Under the pieces are notes generated by a model. The model worked only from the letters and a program-made list of their open reading frames with translations, ran no database searches and was not told the DNA's origin. A stretch of 40,534 nucleotides of DNA, taken from IMG/VR virus record IMGVR_UViG_3300016484_000752, positions 1 through 40,534 of that record. One strand, written 5' to 3'. The DNA comes from a virus. Taxonomy: Duplodnaviria > Caudoviricetes. The position numbers and the translations under genes are program-made. Positions 33,689 to 40,534 of the stretch are shown here, one piece after another (the first letter of the stretch is position 1; each line of letters begins with the position of its first letter).

Positions 33689-34053
33689 GGCGCGAAGTCT
33701 TCTTCGGTTGGGATGTTGGCGCTGTAGGTGACGGTTACGCCATGGCGGGTGCAGGTGAGGACGATGTCTTGCTCGGTGTCGATGTGCAGATCCTCGCCGC
33801 GCAAGCCCTGCCAGGTGGCCAGATACAGCAGGGTGCCGAACTTGGGGCGCTTGATGGGCTTGTCGACACCGCCGCGCCAGGCCAGCACGGGCAGTTCGCC
33901 GGCTTGGGCTGCTGCAGCCAGTTCAGGGGACTCCTGGCGCTTTTCGAGCCCGCGCAACCAGGAAACGATGAGCCCGGCGTCTGGGCCTTCCCATCGGTCG
34001 TGCCAGTTGTTGGAAAGCGTGGGCGGCTGTGTTACCAGTTCATGTACCAGCAT
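33685..34053 (-). CDS. Hypothetical protein (122 aa) in the immunity operon
   Basis: Lies between repressor and BRCT genes, with an ATGA overlap to the latter. Confidence 0.75.
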   Translation of the reverse strand: MLVHELVTQPPTLSNNWHDRWEGPDAGLIVSWLRGLEKRQESPELAAAAQAGELPVLAWRGGVDKPIKRPKFGTLLYLATWQGLRGEDLHIDTEQDIVLTCTRHGVTVTYSANIPTEEDFAP

Positions 34054-34089
34054 GTTCTGTACGTCTTGGGAACGGGATGATCTGGGCGC

Positions 34090-34542
34090 TCATGGCCCTT
34101 GGCTTGCCGTTGCGGCCGGTTCCGGCTGCTGGCTGCGATGCTGTTCGACGATGGATGTGATGTAGCCGTCAATGCGCCCCCGATCACTGTCGCTCAGCCG
34201 ACGGTAGTCGTCGAGAGATACGCTGAAGGGCCACGCGGGATGGGGCGGGAATTGGTACACGGGCTGTTGTTCATTCACGGCGTGGATGGGCATGGGAAGC
34301 GCGGCTGCCGGCTGGATGTCAAACCACCAGTCAAGCGGGCGACCGGACCACTCCACCAGCTGGCGGTAGCGTTCCTTGGATATGCGGCCGTGGTCCACCC
34401 AGTCGTAGACGGAGGTGGTGGCGACATCGAACGCCTTGGCCACCGCGGCGTAGTTGGCGATCAGCCCTTTCTCTTTCATCACCTCGTGGAACTTCAACCC
34501 AATGGGGTTTGACGTCTCCCGTAACTTCATTGGTTTAGGCAT
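34090..34542 (-). CDS. cI: CI-like repressor without an S24 peptidase domain
   Basis: HTH NYAAVAKAFDVATTSVYDWVDHGRI. Divergent from cro across the operators. Alternative start at 34530. Confidence 0.82.
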   Translation of the reverse strand: MPKPMKLRETSNPIGLKFHEVMKEKGLIANYAAVAKAFDVATTSVYDWVDHGRISKERYRQLVEWSGRPLDWWFDIQPAAALPMPIHAVNEQQPVYQFPPHPAWPFSVSLDDYRRLSDSDRGRIDGYITSIVEQHRSQQPEPAATASQGP

Positions 34543-34609
34543 AGCCTACTTTCACAAAGCGTGAAAATTGAGGCAATGCCTTTACTGTGACTAGGCAATG
34601 CCTTATCAT
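34536..34609. promoter_or_regulatory. OR-like region: three operators and the PR promoter
   Basis: TAGGCATAGCCTA (34536-34548), AGGCAATGCCT (34571-34581 and 34593-34603). TTTACT-17-TATCAT on the plus strand. Confidence 0.85.
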
Positions 34610-34615
34610 CCGCGC

Positions 34616-34894
34616 ATGAACGAAATCAAACGCGCATGCGAAATCGTCGGCGGCATCGGAAAGATGGCCGGATTGCTCGGCGTGTCCGGGCCAACTGTGA
34701 GCCAGTGGTGCTCTGGCGTTCGCCCGGTACCGGTTGAGCGCTGTGTGCCGATCGAGCGCGCCACCGAAGGCGCCGTGACGCGCAAGGACCTGCGGCCGAA
34801 TGACTGGGCGGAAATCTGGCCCGAACTGGCCGGCACCAGCGCCACGCCGTGTGTTTGTGCTACGCAAAGCGTAGCGACTTCCCAAGGAGTTTGA
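34616..34894 (+). CDS. cro: Cro-like (YdaS-family) regulator
   Basis: GGIGKMAGLLGVSGPTVSQW, CVPIERATEGAVTRKDLRPNDWAEIWPEL. Confidence 0.9.
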   Translation: MNEIKRACEIVGGIGKMAGLLGVSGPTVSQWCSGVRPVPVERCVPIERATEGAVTRKDLRPNDWAEIWPELAGTSATPCVCATQSVATSQGV

Positions 34895-34895
34895 G

Positions 34896-35108
34896 ATGAA
34901 CCAGCACAAGTTCTCGATCAGCCCGAGCCCGGGCATGTGCCCGGCATGCCGGGAGCCGTTGATCGATGTGACGCCAATCTGGTCGGCGGAGCGGAGGCTG
35001 TGGTGCTCTACACCTGGTTGTTCGCAAGGCGATGCAGCAGGTGCTGCGCACGCGCCAGCGCCTCGCGTTGAAGGTTCGACACCGGTTGATCGCCACGAGG
35101 GACTTTGA
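34896..35108 (+). CDS. Small Zn-ribbon-like protein
   Basis: AGGAG SD, CPAC...CSTPGC. Starts 1 nt after the cro stop. Confidence 0.5.
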   Translation: MNQHKFSISPSPGMCPACREPLIDVTPIWSAERRLWCSTPGCSQGDAAGAAHAPAPRVEGSTPVDRHEGL

Positions 35109-35214
35109 CGGTGATGTGTGCCGCCTCTCCGTTGCCGAAGTCGTGCTCCAGGCTGACCAGCCAGTGCTGGCTGTCTGTGTTGCGAATGGTGATGGTGGGG
35201 TTCAGCAGTTGCAT
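35008..35214 (-). CDS. Antisense small ORF (68 aa)
   Basis: GAAAGG SD before ATG 35214 (MQLLNPTITIRNTDSQHWLVSLEHDF...). Natural-looking beta/alpha composition. Confidence 0.55.
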   Translation of the reverse strand: MQLLNPTITIRNTDSQHWLVSLEHDFGNGEAAHITVKVPRGDQPVSNLQREALARAQHLLHRLANNQV

Positions 35215-35481
35215 GGGGTTGCCTTTCGGTGGGTGCGTGTTGAGGAACCCGCATTTTCTGCCGGCTGGCAACCCCGCCTTTTTCAACACCTCCGCCCCTC
35301 AAGGGTCGATGCCCCGAACAGTCTCCTTTGCGCTGCGCCCTGGACTGTGCAGCGCCATTGGCAGCGACCGGGCGGGTGGTGTCTTTTCTTTCCGAGGGGT
35401 GGTGTCGAGGGCTCATGGCAAAAATTTTTGCCGGGTTGAGCCTCTCAACACCACTCAACTTTTTTGAGAGGTGCCTTGGCC

Positions 35482-35850
35482 ATGACGCAGTTGGCGATTC
35501 CGGTGGATGTTTCGGTGGCGGAGGTGGCGCGCAAGGCCACGTTCGGCGGAGCCATTGATCTGTGCCTGGAGGTGGCCGGCCTGGAGCCGAAGGCGGTGCA
35601 GGCGGATCTGCGGCTGGACAAGGCGCAGTTCTCGCGCTGGGCCAGCGGGCAGGAGGGCGTGACGTGGCCGAAGCTGCAGGCTCTGATGGATTTCTGTGGG
35701 AACGATGTGCCGGTGCTGTGGATGCTGCACAAGCGCGGGTTTGATCTGCATTCAGTGCGCCGGGTGGAGACTGAGCTGCAGCGCGAGAACCGGTTGCTGC
35801 GCGAGGAGAACGCGGCGTTTCGGCGCATTCTGGCCGGGGGTGCCGCGTGA
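35482..35850 (+). CDS. CII-like HTH transcriptional regulator
   Basis: GAGGT SD, PKAVQADLRLDKAQFSRWASG HTH, C-terminal coiled coil. Position after cro. Confidence 0.75.
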   Translation: MTQLAIPVDVSVAEVARKATFGGAIDLCLEVAGLEPKAVQADLRLDKAQFSRWASGQEGVTWPKLQALMDFCGNDVPVLWMLHKRGFDLHSVRRVETELQRENRLLREENAAFRRILAGGAA

Positions 35851-36152
35851 GGCCCGCGGGCGATGTGTCGACCGCGCTGCTGGCTGCGGCCGGGGCGTTG
35901 GCCCGGGATGACTACGCGCCGACGGTGCGTGAGTTGGCCAGCCACACGGGGGTGGGCCTGAGCGCTGCCACCACGACGGTCAAAAACCTGAGCCGCGCCG
36001 GGAAGTTGCGCCAGGCGCGGATGCGTCGGGTGGATTACCGGGCCCGGCCTGTGGCGGAGTGGGAGCCGGCGCCGGCCAGCGCTGCCAGTGACCACCGGGC
36101 CGGCCATGGCTGGGTGGATTTGGGCCGCATTGTGGGTGGGTGGGCGCGGTAG
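35847..36152 (+). CDS. Winged-HTH-like protein
   Basis: PTVRELASHTGVGLSAATTTVKNLSRAGKL. GTGA overlap. Confidence 0.7.
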   Translation: MRPAGDVSTALLAAAGALARDDYAPTVRELASHTGVGLSAATTTVKNLSRAGKLRQARMRRVDYRARPVAEWEPAPASAASDHRAGHGWVDLGRIVGGWAR

Positions 36153-36189
36153 GCGCTGTTTGAGTCGATCAACAGGGGATCAATCAGGG

Positions 36190-38871
36190 ATGTCTTCACC
36201 CGCTGCTGGCGGTGCGCCGTTGCCGCCGATCAAATTCCGTGAGCTGGCCGATGCGTTGTTGGCCCATGCTGAGACGTTGGTGCCGGCCTGGCTGCCGGGT
36301 GGCCGGCGCGAGGGGCATGAGTACAAGTGCGGAAGCCTGCGCGGTGGCGATGGGCACAGCACCAGTGTGAACCTGGTCAATGGCCGCTGGGCGGACTTTG
36401 CCACGGGCGAGCAGGGCGGTGATTTGCTGAGCCTGTACGCCGCGGTGGAGGGCCTGAGCATGGCCCGGGCGGCGTTGCTGGTGGCGCGGGATGAGGGCCT
36501 GGAGGATGTGGCCGGCATTGTGCGCGGCAGCAGCCAGCCTGCCGAGCCGCGCCCGGTGCGTGTGGCGCCACCACCGGCCGCCCCAAAGCCGCGTGACCCG
36601 GAGGGCTGGACTAGTGTGGTGCCGGTGCCGGCGCATGCGCCGGAGCCGACGTTTTGGCACCACGCGCGCAAGCGCGATGACCTGGTGCACCTGGCGGAGT
36701 ACCGCCACGGGCCGGACCGGCTGATGGGGTTTGTGGCGCGCTTTCGCACCAGTGACGGGGGCAAGGACACGCTGCCGTACACGTGGGCGCAGAGTGCGCG
36801 CGACGGTGCCTGCAAGTGGCACTGGAAGACGTGGGATGAGCCCCGGCCGTTGTACTTTCCTGCCCACGCGCTGCCTGGCACCCGCACGGTGGTGCTGGTG
36901 GAGGGCGAGAAGAAGGGCGATGCGCTGCAGCGGGTGCTGGATGATCTGGCGCCCGGTGTGTACGCGGTGGCGAGCTGGCCGGGTGGCTGCAAGGCCTGGA
37001 AGAAGGCGGACTGGTCGCCGCTGGCCGGCTGCACGGTGCTGCTGTGGCCGGACTGTGATGCGAAGCGGGTGAAGCTGACGCCGACCGAGCGCAAGGCGTG
37101 CGCCGATGATGCGGCTGCGGATGCGCTGGCGGCGTTGAAGCCGCTGCTGCCGGCGGCGGAGCAGCCGGGCATGGCGGCGATGCTGGGCATTGGCGCGCTG
37201 CTGAGGGATGCGCAGGGCTGCACGGTGCAGGTGCTGCCCATCCCTGAGCCTGGCGCGGTGCCGGACGGCTGGGATTGTGGCGATGCGATCGAGGTGGATG
37301 GCTGGGATGCGTTCCGTGTGGGCGCGTTTCTGGCCCAGGCCTATGCCTTGCCCTTGGCCAGCGCAGAAAGCGGCGCCACGGGCCAGCCTGACCCCGCCGT
37401 GGGCAAAAAAACCGATGGCCCCGTTGACACTGCGGACGGGGATGGTGCCGGGTTGCCGCCTGCGGGCGGGGATGGTGGTGGCGACGACGGCGACGACAAG
37501 ATGCCGTGGTGGCTGCAGCCGTACTGGGACATGGACAAGTGCCGCTGGCTGGTGAGCCGCAAGCTGGTGATCACCGCGCTGGAACATGACCCGAAGCTGG
37601 CCGGTCTGCTGGGCCTGAACTTGCTGAGCAACAACATCGAGGCCCGGGCCGCGTGGCCGTGGGAGCACGGCAAGGCGGGGCCGATCACCGGCAGTGTGGA
37701 CCTGATGCTGGGCCAGTACCTGAGCCGGCGCTATGGGCTGCCGAGCATCAACCGGGCGGCCCTGATGGAGGCCATTGAGACGGTGGCGCATGGCCAGCCG
37801 TTCCACCCGGTGCGGGAGTACCTGCAGGGTTTGACCTGGGACGGTACGGCGCGGCTTGATAAGTGGCTGCTGTATGCGCTGGGTGAGTCGCCCACCAGCC
37901 TGCCGGCGCCGGTGGTGGAGTATTTGTGTTTGGTGGGCCGGTTCATCATGCTGGGCATGGTGTTCCGGGTGATGGAGCCGGGCTGCAAGTTTGACTATTG
38001 CCCTGTCCTGGAAGGGCCGGGCGGGCTGCGCAAGAGCACGCTGGTGGAGACGCTGGCGGGCGCGTGGTTCAGCGACACGCACTTTGACCCGGCCCGAGGA
38101 AAGGAAGGCCAGGAGCAGGTGCAGGGCCTGTGGGTGTATGAGCTGGCCGAGCTGAGCCAGTTCGGCAAGGCAGAGGTCAACCTGATCAAGGCGTTCATCA
38201 GCGCCAAGGTGGACCGGTACCGGCCGAGCTATGGGCGGGTGGTGGAGAGCTACCCGCGCCAGTGCGTGCTGTTCGGCACGACCAACCAGGACACCTACCT
38301 GCGCGACCGCACCGGAAACCGGCGGTTCTGGCCGGTGCCGGTGCGGCACACGATCAAGACGGACTGGGTGAAGCGCCAGCGCGATCAGCTGTTTGCCGAG
38401 GCGTTTGACCTGTACCTGCAGGGCGTGGCGTACACGCCGGACGGTGCGCAGGAGGCGCGGCTGTTCGGGCCGATGCAGGAGAGCCGGCTGGTGGAGACGG
38501 CTGTGCTGTCTGAGCTGCAGGCGGTGTTGACGCGTGACCCGACGGCGGCCGGCATCGGCGCGAAGGTGAACAACCTGGCGGACTTCGTGACCATGGGCGA
38601 GCTGGTGCTGGCCCTGGGCGTGGACGCTGCAAAGAGTAATGCGGCCCTGGAGGGCCAGATCCGCGACTGGATGGCCCATGAGGGCTGGGAGCGGGTCAAG
38701 AAGCAAGTGAACGGGGTGCGGGCCTGGGGCTATGCCAGGCCGAAGAATTGGCCGGCGCCGGATGCGCCGAACCCGTTCACCGACCCGAAGACCACACCAA
38801 ACACATCAACCCCGGCGCAGGGTAGCGACCCGCGCGCCATCAACGACGACGCTGAGGATGCACCGTTCTGA
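36190..38871 (+). CDS. Primase-helicase (TOPRIM plus VapE/VirE-like ATPase)
   Basis: WADFATGEQGGDLLSLYA, TOPRIM VEGEKK...WPDCD, FHPVREYL, Walker A GPGGLRKS, YELAEL, GTTN, DRTGNRRFWPV. Confidence 0.92.
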   Translation: MSSPAAGGAPLPPIKFRELADALLAHAETLVPAWLPGGRREGHEYKCGSLRGGDGHSTSVNLVNGRWADFATGEQGGDLLSLYAAVEGLSMARAALLVARDEGLEDVAGIVRGSSQPAEPRPVRVAPPPAAPKPRDPEGWTSVVPVPAHAPEPTFWHHARKRDDLVHLAEYRHGPDRLMGFVARFRTSDGGKDTLPYTWAQSARDGACKWHWKTWDEPRPLYFPAHALPGTRTVVLVEGEKKGDALQRVLDDLAPGVYAVASWPGGCKAWKKADWSPLAGCTVLLWPDCDAKRVKLTPTERKACADDAAADALAALKPLLPAAEQPGMAAMLGIGALLRDAQGCTVQVLPIPEPGAVPDGWDCGDAIEVDGWDAFRVGAFLAQAYALPLASAESGATGQPDPAVGKKTDGPVDTADGDGAGLPPAGGDGGGDDGDDKMPWWLQPYWDMDKCRWLVSRKLVITALEHDPKLAGLLGLNLLSNNIEARAAWPWEHGKAGPITGSVDLMLGQYLSRRYGLPSINRAALMEAIETVAHGQPFHPVREYLQGLTWDGTARLDKWLLYALGESPTSLPAPVVEYLCLVGRFIMLGMVFRVMEPGCKFDYCPVLEGPGGLRKSTLVETLAGAWFSDTHFDPARGKEGQEQVQGLWVYELAELSQFGKAEVNLIKAFISAKVDRYRPSYGRVVESYPRQCVLFGTTNQDTYLRDRTGNRRFWPVPVRHTIKTDWVKRQRDQLFAEAFDLYLQGVAYTPDGAQEARLFGPMQESRLVETAVLSELQAVLTRDPTAAGIGAKVNNLADFVTMGELVLALGVDAAKSNAALEGQIRDWMAHEGWERVKKQVNGVRAWGYARPKNWPAPDAPNPFTDPKTTPNTSTPAQGSDPRAINDDAEDAPF

Positions 38872-39027
38872 CCCGCTGGTCACGGTGCGTGAATCGCGCC
38901 GTGCTGCACACACCACCAGACGCAAGATTGGCAGTGGTGTGCCCGCCCGTGGATGGGCAGGGCGTGGGCCTGTGGGCCTGCGCTGTGGCGCGGTAGCGGG
39001 GACCTCGGTGCATGGGCCGATGACGTA

Positions 39028-39267
39028 GGTGTCCAGGTGTCCACGGTGTCCAGCGGTTTGCATGGAGCGCTGGTAATGCTGCTGATGACTGTTTTGGCCA
39101 GTCGAGCCGCTGCATTGTCCAGTCGATCCTGAGACCAGCGGCCAGCCTGATCTACCAACGCCGGCGGGCGTGCACACAGATGCGCAGACGCGCTCGCGCT
39201 CGCGAGCATGACCCGATCACCCGAACCCTCTATTGAAAGCACTGGACACCATGGACACTTGGACAGC
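39028..39267. repeat. Putative replication origin: two inverted triplets of GTGTCCA-type iterons
   Basis: GGTGTCCA at 39028, 39036 and 39045. TGGACAC(C/T) or TGGACAG at 39243, 39252 and 39260. Directly downstream of the primase-helicase. Confidence 0.75.
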
Positions 39268-39583
39268 AGAGAAGGAAGCCCAGGCGGCAAAGGTGGCCGA
39301 AGGGCTGGCTTTGATCAAGACGCAGATGCCCCGGGTGTATGGGCACATACAGGAGAAGGCGAAGGAGATCGGGAACCTGGCCTTTGCGCTGGTGCGCCGT
39401 GGTCTGGCCGGGCAGCCGAATTGCTTCTATGCGTTTGAGCGCGGGCATGTGGTGGGCACGCCGTTCAGCCACGGGCCGCTGCCGGATGCGGTGGCGGCGC
39501 AGATGGTGCAATTTGATATGGCGTTTGTGGCGCTGTGGGCCTGCCCTGCGGAGATCGAGGAGGCCAAACGTGGCACGCATTGA
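39251..39583 (+). CDS. Hypothetical protein
   Basis: IKTQMPRVY...VRRGLAGQPNCFYAFERGHVVGTPF. Start uncertain (39233 or 39251). Confidence 0.7.
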   Translation: MDTWTAEKEAQAAKVAEGLALIKTQMPRVYGHIQEKAKEIGNLAFALVRRGLAGQPNCFYAFERGHVVGTPFSHGPLPDAVAAQMVQFDMAFVALWACPAEIEEAKRGTH

Positions 39584-39992
39584 AGCCATTCGCCAGCGGC
39601 TGGAGAACTGGGCGCTGTGGTCTGTGCGCGGTGCGGGCGGTGGGCTGGGCTATGCCAGCGTGAACGTGCTGGCCAGCGACACCTGGAGCCGAGGCCGGTA
39701 CAACGGCGCAACCATCCCTGTGCTGGACCTGGAAGCGGAGGAGACCGACCAGGCGGTCAAGGCGCTGAGGCTGAGCCGGTCGCACCTGTACGTGACGCTG
39801 GAGCTGGTGTACATCAAGGGCATCGGCGTGCGCGGTGCGGCCAGGCGCATGCGCAGGGCGGAGAGCACCATCCACGCGCAGCTGGGTGAGGCAGACAAGG
39901 CCATCCAGGACTGGCTGTCCGACAAGGCCGAAGACCGGGAGCGGCAGCGTGTGGCGGCCGCTGCTGCCGCAAAAAAGAGTTTTACACCCTAG
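39570..39992 (+). CDS. Late gene regulator (antiterminator Q-like)
   Basis: GAGGAGG SD plus GTG. RLENWALW N-terminus and sigma-4-like HTH. Last early gene before the late promoter. Confidence 0.75.
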   Translation: MARIEAIRQRLENWALWSVRGAGGGLGYASVNVLASDTWSRGRYNGATIPVLDLEAEETDQAVKALRLSRSHLYVTLELVYIKGIGVRGAARRMRRAESTIHAQLGEADKAIQDWLSDKAEDRERQRVAAAAAAKKSFTP

Positions 39993-40008
39993 AGACTTTT
40001 GTTAGATT
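39981..40008 (+). promoter_or_regulatory. Putative late promoter (pR'-like)
   Basis: TTTACA-16-TAGATT overlapping the Q-like stop codon. Confidence 0.5.
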
Positions 40009-40063
40009 CCAGCTACCTTGTGTTCATTGCGTCCACCCCGCAGGCGCAAGGTGATCCCCCCCC

Positions 40064-40103
40064 GAGCCCGGCATGTTCCCCTGCGTGCCGGGCTCACCTA
40101 TTT
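40064..40103 (+). terminator. Strong hairpin in the late leader (tR'-like)
   Basis: GAGCCCGGCATG-loop-CGTGCCGGGCTC with a weak U-tract. Confidence 0.5.
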
Positions 40104-40115
40104 CAGGACCCGCCC

Positions 40116-40532
40116 ATGCCATCCGCCGCGCCGCGCCCTTGTACTGCGGCAGGATGCGGAGCTTTGGTGCGTGACGGGTCCGGCCGGTGCGACAAGCACC
40201 GCCGTGCGGAGCGCCAGGCGCTGGATGCACGGCGTGGGTCAAGCACTGAGCGCGGCTACAGCTACGCATGGCAGAAGGCGCGCGAGGGCTTCTTGCGCAG
40301 TCACCCGCTGTGCCGCGCGCATGAAGCGCGGGGCGAGGTGGAGCCGGCAACGGTGGTCGACCACATCGTGCCGCACCGTGGAGACAAAGCGCTGTTCTGG
40401 GATTCGTCGAACTGGCAGCCGCTGTGCAAGCGGTGCCACGACGTCAAGACCGCCCGCGAAGACGGAGCCTTCGGTCGCCCCTCCCGCCCGCAGGGGAGGG
40501 GGGCCTCAGAACTTCCCACCCCATCGCTCTAG
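40116..40532 (+). CDS. HNH endonuclease (HK97 gp74-like terminase cofactor)
   Basis: PRPC...GC, ERGYSYAW, VDHIVPHRGD..LFWDSSNWQPLCKRCHDVKT. Confidence 0.92.
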   Translation: MPSAAPRPCTAAGCGALVRDGSGRCDKHRRAERQALDARRGSSTERGYSYAWQKAREGFLRSHPLCRAHEARGEVEPATVVDHIVPHRGDKALFWDSSNWQPLCKRCHDVKTAREDGAFGRPSRPQGRGASELPTPSL

Positions 40533-40534
40533 AC
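40492..40534 (+). other. Probable cos region / right genome end
   Basis: G-run AGGGGAGGGGGG then CTCTAGAC at the end of the HNH gene, the usual cos context between HNH and terS in HK97-like phages. Confidence 0.5.

Larger units (their letters stand above)
711..40534. mobile_element. Temperate siphophage genome (HK97-like head, serine integrase), unintegrated form
   Basis: Complete ordered packaging, head, tail, lysis, integration, immunity and replication modules. Predicted attP is intact. The window ends just after the HNH gene. Confidence 0.95.

Noticed and set aside
894-38706. Many long alternative-frame or antisense ORFs (e.g. 5424..6989-, 13615..15525-, 28173..30056+, 36196..38706-)
   Set aside because: Shadow ORFs expected at high GC with strong codon bias. 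They overlap well-supported genes and have low-complexity Arg/Pro/Gly-rich or antisense-typical translations.
40527-40534. Window end CTCTAGAC joining window start CG to form a circular cos-like junction
   Set aside because: Only 2 nt of support, and the window start lies inside an unrelated minus-strand ORF.
1-40534. tRNA, rRNA or IS elements
   Set aside because: No cloverleaf/T-loop signatures, rRNA-like segments or transposase ORFs were recognised by eye. tRNAscan-SE and Infernal were not run.

Overview
Positions ~711-40534 are a near-complete temperate siphophage genome (~40 kb, GC-rich). It has an HK97-type head and probably packages from a cos site; the host is probably a betaproteobacterium (Comamonadaceae-like, by inference). 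The window shows the unintegrated form because the predicted attP is intact. Gene order: terS (5'-truncated), terL, portal, S49 protease, major capsid, neck, tail tube, frameshifted chaperones, tape measure, a minimal tail tip, fibres, SGNH lipoprotein, lysis cassette, large serine integrase plus attP, leftward early operon, lambda-like immunity region, primase-helicase plus origin, Q-like regulator, HNH and cos. The first ~710 bp are AT-rich and appear to come from an unrelated phage (probable chimeric junction). Main observations: (1) attP encodes a replacement N-terminus of RimO, its ATG overlapping the integrase ATG head-to-head and followed by a stop and a bidirectional terminator, so the prophage probably repairs host rimO and takes over its expression; (2) a translationally coupled gene pair (unknown protein plus TerB-like/BRCT protein) sits in the lambda rexAB position and is a candidate defence system; (3) the major capsid protein starts with a Sec-type signal peptide; (4) a sialyltransferase/Maf-like gene is coupled inside the neck operon, and an SGNH esterase lipoprotein follows the fibres. 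All family assignments come from motif recognition by eye, not database searches.
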